64,000 nt of DNA from Alphaproteobacteria bacterium (GTDB lineage: Bacteria; Pseudomonadota; Alphaproteobacteria; MPNO01), in NCBI GenBank assembly GCA_964291675.2, contig OZ219866.1, positions 608,001-672,000 on the forward strand, written 5' to 3'. Made by a program: the position numbers and the translations under genes. Numbering within the stretch: position 1 is the first letter of the stretch; each line of letters opens with the position of its first letter. Below, piece after piece: positions 48,657 to 58,885 of the stretch. Under the pieces are notes generated by a model that saw nothing but the letters and a program-made list of their open reading frames with translations, was not told where the DNA came from and ran no database searches.

Positions 48657-49591
48657 CGAACCGTTGTCGTGGAGAGTCGGCTCTCCAGGCGTTGGCGGGC
48701 AATCTGGAGGTAGGACGGCTCGATCTCGATGCCGATGCTGTTGCGCCCGCATCGACTCGCGGCCACCTGTGTGGTCGCCGTTCCGGTGAACGGGTCCAGA
48801 ACGGTATCGCCGACGAAGCTGAACATGCGAACCAGCCGTTCCGCGAGATCGAGAGGGTAGGGCGCGGGATGGTCTCGCGTCGATGCCCCGCTCAATCCGG
48901 TCCAGACTTGTCGGAACCAGGCGTCATGGTCGTCCGCCGAAATCAGGCTCAGGATCCGCGCTTCCGGCGAGGGGCTGCGATACCCGCCGGGCTTGCGCAG
49001 CATGAGGATGTATTCGATGTCGTTCTTGAGCACCCCGTTCGGCTCGAACGGTTTGCCGAGATACGATCCGCTGCCGCTGGCCTCGGTCCGCATGTTCGCG
49101 ATCTTGTGCCAGATGATGGGCGACAGGTTGTCGAAGCCGATCGCTCGGCACTGTTCCTGAATGCCGGCATGCAGGGGAATGACCGTATGGCGCCCGCTGT
49201 TCCGACGGCGGGACAAGCACACGTCGCCGACCACGCACACCAACCGGCCACCTGGCACCAAGGCGTCGAAGCACCTCTCCCAGACCGCTCGCAGCTCGGC
49301 CAGGAATTCGTCGTATTCCGCCATCCGGCCTAGCTGGCCGTCCGTGTCCGGATACTCTTTCAGCGTCCAGTAGGGCGGAGATGTAACGACCAAATGAACG
49401 GAGCCGCGTTCGATATCGACGGCGCGTGCGTCGCCCAATATCAACCGATGGTGCGTCGGCAGTGCCGCCAGGGCGGACCTGATCCGCGCCGTCGCCTTGC
49501 GATCCTTGGCCAACTTCGGAAGGGCGTGCTTTAGATCGGCATCCGCCATCGAGTCCGCGGGCAGAAGCCCGGCAGGGACCGCCAGCATCAC
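48650..49591 (-). CDS. Beta-class N4/N6 DNA methyltransferase
   Basis: VVTSPPYW precedes VLDPFTGTATT; HPAPYP; GIEIE. Confidence 0.92.
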   Translation of the reverse strand: MMLAVPAGLLPADSMADADLKHALPKLAKDRKATARIRSALAALPTHHRLILGDARAVDIERGSVHLVVTSPPYWTLKEYPDTDGQLGRMAEYDEFLAELRAVWERCFDALVPGGRLVCVVGDVCLSRRRNSGRHTVIPLHAGIQEQCRAIGFDNLSPIIWHKIANMRTEASGSGSYLGKPFEPNGVLKNDIEYILMLRKPGGYRSPSPEARILSLISADDHDAWFRQVWTGLSGASTRDHPAPYPLDLAERLVRMFSFVGDTVLDPFTGTATTQVAASRCGRNSIGIEIEPSYLQIARQRLESRLSTTTVRC

Positions 49592-50002
49592 GACCGCACC
49601 CCCGAAGCCGGCCCGTGGCCGGCTGTCGGGTCGTTGTAGCGAAGCCGATTGCCGCCCGTTCCCGCGATTGCGCCAACCATTCGACCCGTCCTGTCCGCCT
49701 CCGCGGGCCCGCCGAACGCCCCGCGATCCGATGCGGAGGCTTCCCGCGGGTCGTGCGCCCGGTGCCAGGCCGGTTTCCGGGAAGAATTCGGATCACGGTG
49801 GAGCTTCATACTCGACATCGATTTCAAGCTGGTCCGGGGCAGGCAGGCCCCGGCAGCCCAGGTCCGGTAGCCGCGGCTGGAGCAATCCATGGCCGTGCCG
49901 ACCTTGACGCTAGACCGCTTCCGGCATTCCTTCTCCCGGCGCCGATAGAGCATTGTCCTGTGCTTGACAGGATAGAGGACATTGGTCGTCCCGTCAGCCT
50001 GC

Positions 50003-51208
50003 TCACCCCACATTCACCCCGTCCGAGGTCACCGTGCCGCCGAGCGCCCAGGAGCCCCAGGTCTGGAGGTGGGTCTTGCGCGCCTGCATCTGCAGCGCGA
50101 CGGCGTGGATGTCGCGGAAGCGGCGCTCGAAGGGGCTCGACGCCATGACCGCGCTGGTGCCGGCGGTGTCGAAGAGCGGGCCCGTGGCCGCCTTGGCCTC
50201 GCCGATCGCATGGGTGCCGGCGAGCCGGATGGTCATCAGCGTGTCCACCGACATGCGGCCCGCCGCGGCGAGATCGGCCGCGCCCGCCTCCGCCGCCTCG
50301 ACGAGAAAGGCGCGCGCGCCGCGGATCCTGGCATCGGCGCGGGCGACCTCCTCGTGCACCGCCGGGTTCTCCTTCAGCGTGAAGCGGGCGCCGCGCGGGC
50401 GTTTCTCCCGCGCCAGCGCGACGAAGGCGTCGAACAGGCCGCGCGCGATGCCGAGCGCGACGGCGGCGAAGCCGATGGCGTAGACCGACATCAGCGGCAT
50501 GCCGTGCAGCGAGGAGATCGCCGGCCGGTCGTCGATCATCGTGGCGCGGACGATGGTCCGTTCCTCGGGCACGAACAGGCCGTCGCAGGCGAACCCGTCG
50601 CTGCCGGTGCCGCGCAGCCCCACGGCGTCCCAGCCGTCGGACAGCGTCACGGTGCCGGCGGGGACCAGGGCGGTGCGGTTCTCCGGCTCGCCCCTGGGAT
50701 CGCGCCTCGGCGTCCCGTCCTTCTCCAGCGCCGCGCAATGGGCGGCGAGCCAGGTCGCATGGTGGCTGCCGCTCGCGAAATTGGTGCGCGCGGTGACGGA
50801 ATAGCCGCCGTCGACGGCGCGCGCCTCGGCCTTGCCGGGCCCCCAGGCGAGCACTGCGGCGGGGTCCCGCCCCCAGATCTCCTGCGCCAGCGCGGGTTCG
50901 AGGAAGCCGGCGAGCGAGGCGCAGCCATTGCCCTGGGCGACGCACCAGGCGGCGCTGCCGTCGTGGCGGGCTATCGCCTCGACCACCGGCAGGAACACGG
51001 GAAGCGTCATCTCCGCGCCGCCATAGGCGACCGGCAGCAGCAGGCGGAACAGCCCCTGTTCGTGCAGCGCCGCCATGGCCGCGTCGCTCAGCCGCCGGGC
51101 GCGGTCGGCCTCGGGCGCCAGCGCCTCGACGACCGGGCCGGCCTCCGCCACGCGGGCGAGCCAGGCATCGGTGTCGAGAGCGGCGAGGTCGTGGCCGGGC
51201 GCGTCCAT
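50003..51208 (-). CDS. Flavin monooxygenase oxygenase (ACAD fold)
   Basis: DGSAAW, FASGSHHATW, WDAVGLRGTGS, ERRFRDIHA. Confidence 0.88.
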   Translation of the reverse strand: MDAPGHDLAALDTDAWLARVAEAGPVVEALAPEADRARRLSDAAMAALHEQGLFRLLLPVAYGGAEMTLPVFLPVVEAIARHDGSAAWCVAQGNGCASLAGFLEPALAQEIWGRDPAAVLAWGPGKAEARAVDGGYSVTARTNFASGSHHATWLAAHCAALEKDGTPRRDPRGEPENRTALVPAGTVTLSDGWDAVGLRGTGSDGFACDGLFVPEERTIVRATMIDDRPAISSLHGMPLMSVYAIGFAAVALGIARGLFDAFVALAREKRPRGARFTLKENPAVHEEVARADARIRGARAFLVEAAEAGAADLAAAGRMSVDTLMTIRLAGTHAIGEAKAATGPLFDTAGTSAVMASSPFERRFRDIHAVALQMQARKTHLQTWGSWALGGTVTSDGVNVG

Positions 51209-51367
51209 CGCGGCGCCTCTCGCTGATTGTTTACCGTCCGATTATGCGGGCGGGGCGGCGGGCTGTCACGGCGGCACGCTTGACCGGTCCCGGCAATTGC
51301 TGTGGTATCGAGGCCAAGATCGCGCAAGACGATCCGGCTCGACAAGGCACATGCGAAGGGAGAAGCC

Positions 51368-52441
51368 ATGCGCAGGATCGGACTCATCGCCGCCGCGCTC
51401 GCGGCCGCGGCACTGGCGGGAGGCACGGCGGGAGCGGCCGAGAAAGTTCGCCTCACCATCATCTCGGGCAACAACCACAACTACGCGCCGGTCGGCGCGG
51501 CGATCAAGGACTTCGCCCCGAAGGTCAACGAGATTCTCGCCAGGACCGGCAAGTACGAGGTCTCCTGGGTGCTCGGCTTCGGCGGGCAGATCGTCAAGGT
51601 GCGCGGCGAGCTCGACGGGGTGCAGTCCGGGCTCGGCGATCTCGGCGTGGTGCCGGGGCCGTTCCACCAGTCGGAGCTGTCGCTCTACCAGATCGCCTAT
51701 GTCACGCCGTTCACCACGCTCGACGTGCAGGTGGCGACCGACGCGATGAACGATCTGTACGCGAAATACCCGGCGATGGGGAAACAGGTCGAGCGCTTCA
51801 ACCAGTCGCTGCTGGGCATCACCGGAACGGCGGATTTCTACGAGCTCTGGACCAGGAAGAAGATCACCAAGTTCACCGAGCTCAAGGGCATGAAGATCGG
51901 CGCGGTCGGCGCGAACATCCCCTGGGTGACGGCGGCGGGCGCGACGCCGGTGGTGATCAAGGGCCTGGCGACGATGTACAACTCGCTCAAGACCGGCATC
52001 TACGAGGGCGGCGTGCTGTGGCAGCAGGCGATGGCGGGGTTCAAGTTCTGCGAGATCACCAGGTACAAGCTGGCGGCCGGGTTCGGGGCGGTGGCCAACG
52101 CGCTCCTGACCGCGAATACGGACTCCTGGCCCAAGATCCCGCGCGAGGTGCAGGCGGCGATCACGGAGGCCACCGCCACCTGGTCGGCGGCGGGCAACCA
52201 GAAGATCATCGGCGGCGGCAAGTGGGGGCTCGGGGTCTGCGAGAAGAAGTACGGCCAGGAGACCCATGAGCTGTCGGCGGAGCAGAAGAAGACCTGGGCC
52301 TTCGCGATCCCCAATATCGCGCAGGCATGGGCCAAGCGCCAGGACAAGGCGGGGCTCCCCGGCACCGAGATGCTGGCCAGCTACATGGACTACATGCGGG
52401 ACAAGAAGCAGCTCGTGACGCGCAACTGGGACCGCGAGTAG
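51368..52441 (+). CDS. dctP: TRAP solute-binding protein
   Basis: Signal peptide, ELKGMKI, LKTGIYEG; paralog of 34295-35359. Confidence 0.88.
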   Translation: MRRIGLIAAALAAAALAGGTAGAAEKVRLTIISGNNHNYAPVGAAIKDFAPKVNEILARTGKYEVSWVLGFGGQIVKVRGELDGVQSGLGDLGVVPGPFHQSELSLYQIAYVTPFTTLDVQVATDAMNDLYAKYPAMGKQVERFNQSLLGITGTADFYELWTRKKITKFTELKGMKIGAVGANIPWVTAAGATPVVIKGLATMYNSLKTGIYEGGVLWQQAMAGFKFCEITRYKLAAGFGAVANALLTANTDSWPKIPREVQAAITEATATWSAAGNQKIIGGGKWGLGVCEKKYGQETHELSAEQKKTWAFAIPNIAQAWAKRQDKAGLPGTEMLASYMDYMRDKKQLVTRNWDRE

Positions 52442-52472
52442 AAGGCGATTCGAGCGGGTGCGCCCTTCGATA

Positions 52473-53201
52473 GGGGCTTATATGGATGGGTTGACGGGCG
52501 GTCGGCTGGCGCAGACCGCCGACGGGAACGCCGCCCCGCCCCACCCCGTCATGCCCGGCCCCCTTCCGTCATGCCCGGACTCGATCCACTGCTGTCCGGC
52601 TTATATGAGCTGGACTGGGCACAAGGCCTTGTTCCGGGCGGGATATCGGCGCATCCGCCGGATCGGGACACGGATCGCCGCACGCCCGCACTTGCCGTCC
52701 CTGCCCCTCCGTTGTCATCCCGGCCTCGTTCCGGGCACCCACGGGCGGGGCGGGCCGCACCCGGCTCCCGTGCTCCTCCACCGCCACCACCACCCCGTCA
52801 TGGCCGGACTTGATCCGGCCATCCATGCGGCGTCCCCGCCTGCGAGGCGGCCGGCGGGAAGGGACGGCGGCGCCAGTGGATGCCCGGATCAAGTCCGGGC
52901 ATGACGATGGGGGGGAGGCATGGTGATGGGGCGGGAAACGCCGGGCGCGACGCGCGTCGAAGGCTAAACCGGACAGCAGTGGACTTGATCCGGGCATCCA
53001 TGGGCGCCGCCACCCGTCCCGTCGGACCGTCGTGCGGGTGGAGAGGCCGCGTGGATGGCCGGATCACCCCCGGACTCGATCCGGGGGCCGGCCATGACGT
53101 GGTCGGGGAAGCGCCAACACCCCCCGGCTCGTTCCGGCGACCGGGCATGACGGAAGAGGTGTCGTTGGCCTCCCGTTCGTCAACTTGTCTTTGCAAGCCC
53201 C
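52473..53201. mobile_element. MITE-like element B1 (IS1595/IS1016-like ends) inserted in a family X repeat
   Basis: Imperfect 24-bp TIRs GGGGCTT-N11-TTGACG at 52473-52496 and 53178-53201; 8-bp flanks CTTCGATA and CTTCCATA; no transposase. Confidence 0.72.
52587..52981. mobile_element. MITE-like element A1 inserted in a family Y palindrome, inside B1
   Basis: 17-bp TIR CACTGCTGTCCGGYTTA (16/17 match); 9-bp flanks GACTCGATC (52578-86) and GACTTGATC (52982-90). Confidence 0.8.
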
Positions 53202-53304
53202 CTTCCATACGCCGCTTCGCGGCTACTAGGGGCGAGGGAGTCTTCGCTTCCCGCCATCCCGGGCGGGCGCGTCGGCGCCGTATCCGGGACGCCCCGCGGC
53301 CCCG

Positions 53305-53393
53305 ATGTCGCCCCGGGCTCGACCCGGGGCCCGGGGAAGCGGCCACCGGCCTCGCCCTGCCCCCCTGGGCCCCGGCTCGAGGCCGGGGTGACA
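53305..53393. repeat. Additional palindromic repeat (double hairpin)
   Basis: GCCCCGGGCTCGACCCGGGGC ... GCCCCGGCTCGAGGCCGGGGTGACA. Confidence 0.6.
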
Positions 53394-53430
53394 GCTTCGG
53401 GTCGGGCGGCGGCGTGATCGGCGCGAAGCG

Positions 53431-53952
53431 GTGGTAAAGGCCCTCGACTGCATCCTCGGCGCGCTCGTCATCTCGGGCAACAGCCTGGGCTCGGCCTGGA
53501 TCTTCGTCATGATGCTGGCGATCTCGGCCGACATCGTCATGCGCTTCCTGTTCAACGCGCCGATCAACGGCGCCACCGAGCTGGTCACCATGTCGGTGGT
53601 CGCCGTGCTCTATCTGCAGCTCGCCTACACCCTGCGCTCGGGCAGCATGACGCGCTCCGACGCGGTGCTGAACCGGCTGATCGCCGGCGTCCCGCGCATC
53701 GGCCACTTCCTGTCCCTGATCTTCTACCTCGCCGGCGCGGCCCTGATGGGGGCGATCATGCGCGGCGCCTGGCCGAAATGGATCAAGTCCTACGAGCTCG
53801 ACTTCTATGTCGGGGTGGTGGGCGTGTTCACCTTCCCGGACTGGCCGCGGCTGCTGGTGGTGTTCCTCGGCTGCACGCTCACCGGGCTCCAGTTCCTCGC
53901 GCTCGCCGCGGGCAGCGCGCGGGCGCTGCTCCGCCCGGCGGCAACCCCCTAG
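53431..53952 (+). CDS. dctQ: TRAP small permease
   Basis: ADIVMRFLFNAPINGATEL; four TM segments. Confidence 0.88.
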   Translation: MVKALDCILGALVISGNSLGSAWIFVMMLAISADIVMRFLFNAPINGATELVTMSVVAVLYLQLAYTLRSGSMTRSDAVLNRLIAGVPRIGHFLSLIFYLAGAALMGAIMRGAWPKWIKSYELDFYVGVVGVFTFPDWPRLLVVFLGCTLTGLQFLALAAGSARALLRPAATP

Positions 53953-53961
53953 GCGGCGCCC

Positions 53962-55305
53962 GTGGAAGCCTTCGAGATCGCCCTGGTGTCGGTGTTCGCG
54001 ATGCTGCTGCTGATCTATTTCGGCATGCACATCTCGGTGACGCTGGCGCTGATCTCCTTCGTCGGCGCCTGGGTGATCAAGGGCAACGCGGCGATCGCCC
54101 TCAGCCTGCTGCTGATCGCCGCCGAGAAGACGGTGAACAACTTCGTCTTCGCGGTCATCCCGCTATTCGTGCTGATGGGGTTCCTGGTCGCCGCCGCCGG
54201 GATGGGGCGGGACGCCTACGACATCGGCCAGATCATGCTGCGCCGGGTGCGCGGCGGGCTCGGCATGGCGACCGTGGTCGCCAACGCGATCTTCGCCTCG
54301 ATCACCGGCGCCTCGGTGGCCTCGGCCTCGGTGTTCTCCAAGGTCGCGGTGCCGGAGATGATGCGGCACGGCTATTACGGGCGCTTCGCGGTCGGCACCG
54401 TCGCCGGGTCCTCGGTGCTCGGCATGCTGATCCCGCCGAGCGTGCTGCTGATCATCTACGCGCTGATCGCCGAGGAATCGGTGGGCGATCTGTTCATCGC
54501 CGGGATCGGCCCGGGCATCCTGCTGACCATCGCCTTCTGCGGGCTGATCTACATCATGGCGACGCTGTTCCCGCGCACCGTCCAGGCGGTCCGCGAGGCC
54601 GCCGCCGACAGCGCCGGCGAGGAGGCGGAGGAGCCGTCGCTCAGCGCCGGCGATCTGTGGCGCAAGGCGCTGCCGATCACCGCGCTCGTCCTGCTGGTGC
54701 TGGGCGGGCTCTATGGCGGGGTGTTCACGCCGGTCGAGGCGGGCGCGGCGGGCGCGCTGCTGGCGCTGGTCTTCGCGCTCGCCCGCCGCGCGCTCACCTG
54801 GCGCAGCTTCTGGAACGTGCTGCTCGATTCCGGGAACATCACCGCGACGCTCCTGTTCCTGATCTGCTCGGCCAGCATGTACTCCCGCATGCTCGGCATG
54901 TCGGGCCTGCCGTCCGAGATGGCCGCGATCTTCGACAATCTCGGCGCCGGGTTCTACGGCATGCTGGCGTTCTATGTGCTGGTGGTCATCGTCCTCGGCA
55001 CGATCATCGATTCGGTCTCGATCATGCTGATCATGGTGCCGCTGTTCCTGGCGGCGCTCAAATTCTTCGAGATCGACCTGGTCTGGTTCGGCATTGTGAC
55101 CGTCATCGCCACCGAGATCGGGCTCTTGACCCCGCCGCTCGGGATCGCGGTCTACGTGGTGCACTCGACGCTGGCGCGCCCCGACATCACGCTCAAGGAC
55201 ATCTTCGTCGGCTCGGCGCCGTTCGCGCTGGCGATGCTGTTCGTCCTCATCCTGGTCATCGCCTTCCCGCCGATCGCGACATATCTGGTCTCGATCAAGC
55301 TCTGA
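53962..55305 (+). CDS. dctM: TRAP large permease
   Basis: IPLFVLMG, LGMLIPPS, FTPVEAG, EIGLLTPPLG. Confidence 0.93.
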   Translation: MEAFEIALVSVFAMLLLIYFGMHISVTLALISFVGAWVIKGNAAIALSLLLIAAEKTVNNFVFAVIPLFVLMGFLVAAAGMGRDAYDIGQIMLRRVRGGLGMATVVANAIFASITGASVASASVFSKVAVPEMMRHGYYGRFAVGTVAGSSVLGMLIPPSVLLIIYALIAEESVGDLFIAGIGPGILLTIAFCGLIYIMATLFPRTVQAVREAAADSAGEEAEEPSLSAGDLWRKALPITALVLLVLGGLYGGVFTPVEAGAAGALLALVFALARRALTWRSFWNVLLDSGNITATLLFLICSASMYSRMLGMSGLPSEMAAIFDNLGAGFYGMLAFYVLVVIVLGTIIDSVSIMLIMVPLFLAALKFFEIDLVWFGIVTVIATEIGLLTPPLGIAVYVVHSTLARPDITLKDIFVGSAPFALAMLFVLILVIAFPPIATYLVSIKL

Positions 55306-55311
55306 GCGCCG

Positions 55312-56001
55312 CTATTGCAGGCGGTAGCCGAGCTCGTAATGCAGGTTGATGCCGTCCCAGAACATGTATTTGAGCCGCGCGCCCTCGCTCGCGTAGTGCA
55401 GCGCCATGTCCTGCTTCTCGGTCGTGTCGCAGTGCTTGACCAGGATCTCGAAGGCGCGCCCGCCATGCTCGATGTCGGCCTCGGCATGGACCCACCAGTA
55501 TTCCAGCTCGTGCTCGGTGAAGCCGTAGGTCTCGCGCAGCGCCGGCAGCACCTTGGAGAACAGCCTGGGCTCCTGCGCCTCGCTCGCGATATGGACCCCG
55601 GCGACGCCGGCGATCCAGTGCTGCGTGGCGCTGGTCCGGAGCTCCCAGTCGAGCCAGCACTCGGTGGTCGGCAGGCCGCGCCCGGCGGCGAGTTGCTCGC
55701 GGGTCATGCCGCAGGCCTCGCAGAACCGGAGCAGCAGCTCGACATGCGGGTTGGCCGGATCGGTCTCCTCGCGGTAGTTCTCCATCTCCATCTCGACCAC
55801 GTCCTCCGGCGCGTTGGCGCAGATGTTGAACAGCGCCGCCGGGATCAGATTGCCGATCCAGTACCAGTGCTCGCGGATGGCGCCGGCCACGGTCTCGCGC
55901 TTGGCCTCGCCCGCCGCCCATCTCTCGATCAGCGGGTGGTCCGCCTGGTGGCGCGCATCGACGACGCCCTGCAGCGCCGCGCGGAAGCTATCTTGGGTCA
56001 T
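55312..56001 (-). CDS. Heme-oxygenase-like diiron protein (PqqC/CADD/TenA superfamily)
   Basis: HP motif, ENYREE...PH, SEAQ, VHAEADIEHG. Confidence 0.8.
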   Translation of the reverse strand: MTQDSFRAALQGVVDARHQADHPLIERWAAGEAKRETVAGAIREHWYWIGNLIPAALFNICANAPEDVVEMEMENYREETDPANPHVELLLRFCEACGMTREQLAAGRGLPTTECWLDWELRTSATQHWIAGVAGVHIASEAQEPRLFSKVLPALRETYGFTEHELEYWWVHAEADIEHGGRAFEILVKHCDTTEKQDMALHYASEGARLKYMFWDGINLHYELGYRLQ

Positions 56002-56012
56002 CTTCCCTCTCC

Positions 56013-57338
56013 TCAGCCCATCAGCCCGGGCAGGAACAGCACCACGTCCGGCACCGCGATCAGCAATGCCAGCAGCACCAAGGCGCAGCCGATATAGGGC
56101 AGCCCCGCATAGACCACCTGCGAGAAGGTGGTCCCCGGCGGCGCCACCCCCATCATGACGAACAACAGCAGCCCGAAGGGCGGCGTCGTGGTCGAGATCT
56201 CCAGCGCTAGGACTATGATAATCCCGAACCAGACCGGGTCGAAGCCGAGCGAGATCGCCAGCGGGACGAAGATCGGGATGGTCAGCATCATCTGCGAGAT
56301 CTGGTCGACGAACATGCCGAGGAAGAGCAGGACCGCGAACATGAACAGCAGCATCACCAGCCGCGGCATCTCGAACCCGGTCACCCAGTCGACGATCCCG
56401 GCGCTGGCGCCGGAGAACGCCATGATCTGGCTGAACGTCGACGAGGCCATCAGGATCATGAACACCATGGTGGTGACCACCAGCGTGCCCTCGATCGACT
56501 TCCGGATCACCCGCCAGCTCAGCACGCGGAAGGCGGCGGCCAGCACCAGCACGCCGACGACGCCGAAGGCGGCCGCCTCCGACGGGGTGGCGATGCCGAT
56601 CAGGATCAGCCCGACGACGCAGAAGAACACCAGCCCGAGCGGCAGGATGTTGACCGCGGTGAGCAGGATCTTGGTGCCGAAATCGGTCGGGTCCACGTCG
56701 TAGCGCGGCGCGGCCTCGGGGTCGAGCTTGACCTGGACGAAGATCAGCACCGCGTAGAACGAGGCGAGGATCAGCCCGGGCACGATGCCGCCGATCAGCA
56801 GCCGGCCGATGTCGATCGCCGTCAGCGCGCCCATCAGGCTGCCCAGCAGGACGACCAGCGCCGATGGCGGGATCAATATGGCGAGGCTGCCGGAGCCGAG
56901 GATGGGCCCCATGGACATGTATTTCTTGTAACCGCGCCGGGTCATCTCGGGCACCATGGAGGAGCCCATCATCGCCGTCGTCGAGATGCTGGAGCCGGAC
57001 AGCGCGGCGAAGATCGTCCCGCCCGCCACCGCCATGTAGGACAGCCTGCCCGGCACCCGCCCGAACACCCGGTCCAGCGTCGAGAAGATGCGCTCGGCGA
57101 TGCCGCAGTGGAAGAACAGCTCGCCCATCAGGATGAACAGCGGCACCGGGATCAGGAGGAAGTTGGAGACCGACCGGGTCGCGTTGTTGATCAGCTGCTC
57201 GATGCCGGCGACGCCCCCCATGAACACCACCGCGCCGACCACGTTGGCGATCAGGAAGGCGAAGGCGACCGGGATCGAGAGCGCCATCAGCCCGACCACC
57301 AGGCCGAGCATCAGGATGCCGGCGGTGTACCACTCCAT
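56013..57338 (-). CDS. dctM: TRAP large permease
   Basis: VPLFILMGE, LAILIPPS, ATPSEAAA, TTPPFG. Confidence 0.93.
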   Translation of the reverse strand: MEWYTAGILMLGLVVGLMALSIPVAFAFLIANVVGAVVFMGGVAGIEQLINNATRSVSNFLLIPVPLFILMGELFFHCGIAERIFSTLDRVFGRVPGRLSYMAVAGGTIFAALSGSSISTTAMMGSSMVPEMTRRGYKKYMSMGPILGSGSLAILIPPSALVVLLGSLMGALTAIDIGRLLIGGIVPGLILASFYAVLIFVQVKLDPEAAPRYDVDPTDFGTKILLTAVNILPLGLVFFCVVGLILIGIATPSEAAAFGVVGVLVLAAAFRVLSWRVIRKSIEGTLVVTTMVFMILMASSTFSQIMAFSGASAGIVDWVTGFEMPRLVMLLFMFAVLLFLGMFVDQISQMMLTIPIFVPLAISLGFDPVWFGIIIVLALEISTTTPPFGLLLFVMMGVAPPGTTFSQVVYAGLPYIGCALVLLALLIAVPDVVLFLPGLMG

Positions 57339-57339
57339 C

Positions 57340-57852
57340 TCAGAGGCCTTCGGCGCCGGTCGGGTCGCCGGACAGCATCGAGTCGGGGCCGATCAGGAAG
57401 CGGGCGAACTCGGTCGCCAGCAGGAAGAAGGCGAGCGGCACCGGCGCGGTGACGATCCAGCCCGGCATGGCGAAGGAGCGGATGTCCTCGAAGCCGCGGA
57501 TGTATTCGGCGATCACCACGCTGAGCGAGTACCAGGCGAGCAGCAGGCAGATGGCGATGCCGGCGACATAGACCAGCCGCTCGACCCAGAGCCGGGGCGT
57601 GCCCCGGAGCCGGCCGACGAAGATGGTGATGAAGACGTGGCTCTTGCGCCTCAGCACCCAGGGCGTCGCGAACAGCGTCGAGTGCAGCAGCCCGTACTCG
57701 GCGAGCGTGACGGTCCAGAGCGGCGAGGGGATGCCCGCCGTCCGCACCGTCACGTCGTAGACGATGGCAAGGAAGATCGCGGTGAGCACGAGGCCGCCGA
57801 GGACGGCCAGCCCCGCGATCACCGCATCGTAGCCCCGCGCGAGAGTCCGCAT
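57340..57852 (-). CDS. dctQ: TRAP small permease
   Basis: YDVTVR, EYGLL, PWVLRRKSHV; four TM segments. Confidence 0.87.
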   Translation of the reverse strand: MRTLARGYDAVIAGLAVLGGLVLTAIFLAIVYDVTVRTAGIPSPLWTVTLAEYGLLHSTLFATPWVLRRKSHVFITIFVGRLRGTPRLWVERLVYVAGIAICLLLAWYSLSVVIAEYIRGFEDIRSFAMPGWIVTAPVPLAFFLLATEFARFLIGPDSMLSGDPTGAEGL

Positions 57853-57886
57853 CGCGCGGCGCGGCGGATAGCGGTTCCGCGCCCCG

Positions 57887-58885
57887 CTACTTGCGGAACA
57901 GCTTGGTCTTGAACTCCTCGATCAGCGCCGCCGGGATGTCGTTCTTGGCGAGCGCCTGCCACACGCCGATATTGTAGGCCGCGTCGAGATAGATCTCGGC
58001 CGCCTTGCCCTCGAGGTCGATATCGGTCATGCCGCGCTTCTTGAGCTTGACCTTCTCGTCGGCGCTCATCTTGGCGAACAGCGCGTGCGCCCAGATCTCG
58101 GACTCGATCGCCGCCCGGGTGACCGCCCGCTTGTGCGCGGTGGCGAGCTTGTCCCACTTCGCCTTGTTGGCGGCGATGATGATGTCGCCCTGCCAGTAGG
58201 CCGGGGTGATGCGGTATTTGAGGAACTTGTCCCAGCCGAAATTGGTCACGCCCGGGCCGATCCAGGCCGCGCCCTTGACGATGCCGCGCTCCAGCCCGGA
58301 ATACATCTCGGCCACGTGGATCGGCACCGCCGAGCCGCCGAACCGCTTCAGGAACTCGCGGTAGATGGCAACGCCCCGGATCTTCATGCCGTTGAAGTCG
58401 GGCGCCCCGTCGGCGGCGAATTTGGGCTTCTCGGTGAGATAGACGTAGAACGTGTAGCCCGAGCCGTAATAGCCCAGCAGCTCCGAGTTCAGGCGCCTGC
58501 GCACCTGCTCGTTCATCAGCGCCAGCCCGCCGGTCGAGCGGACCTCCATCGCGTGCAGATTGGAGCCGTTGAGCGCCTGGATCTCGGGGATCTCGCCGAG
58601 GAAGTAGGACATCGGCCCGTAATAGACGTCGATCACGCCGCGCGAGACGCCCTTCATCTGCTCGGGCACCGGGGTCACGTCGGGCCCGCCGATATAGCGG
58701 ATCTTGATCTCGTTGTTGGAATACTGCGCGGCGCGCTTGGAGAAATCGTGCAGCGGCGCGTTGAACGGGTGCTTGCGCGGGAAGGCGGTGACCGACTTCC
58801 AAGACACGCTCGCCGCCGCCGCCGGCAGGGCGGTGAGCGCGAAGGACAGGATCACGCTCCCGAAGATGACTCTCGCCAGGTTCAT
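57887..58885 (-). CDS. dctP: TRAP solute-binding protein
   Basis: Signal peptide, IGGPDV, GMKIRG, MYSGLERG. Confidence 0.88.
   Translation of the reverse strand: MNLARVIFGSVILSFALTALPAAAASVSWKSVTAFPRKHPFNAPLHDFSKRAAQYSNNEIKIRYIGGPDVTPVPEQMKGVSRGVIDVYYGPMSYFLGEIPEIQALNGSNLHAMEVRSTGGLALMNEQVRRRLNSELLGYYGSGYTFYVYLTEKPKFAADGAPDFNGMKIRGVAIYREFLKRFGGSAVPIHVAEMYSGLERGIVKGAAWIGPGVTNFGWDKFLKYRITPAYWQGDIIIAANKAKWDKLATAHKRAVTRAAIESEIWAHALFAKMSADEKVKLKKRGMTDIDLEGKAAEIYLDAAYNIGVWQALAKNDIPAALIEEFKTKLFRK

Noticed and set aside
49600-50000. Possible controller (C) protein upstream of the R-M pair
   Set aside because: No HTH-like ORF or recognisable C-box found.
52458-53437. ORFs containing MPGLDPGI / SCPDLIR peptides
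   Set aside because: Translations of palindromic repeats; no coding signal.
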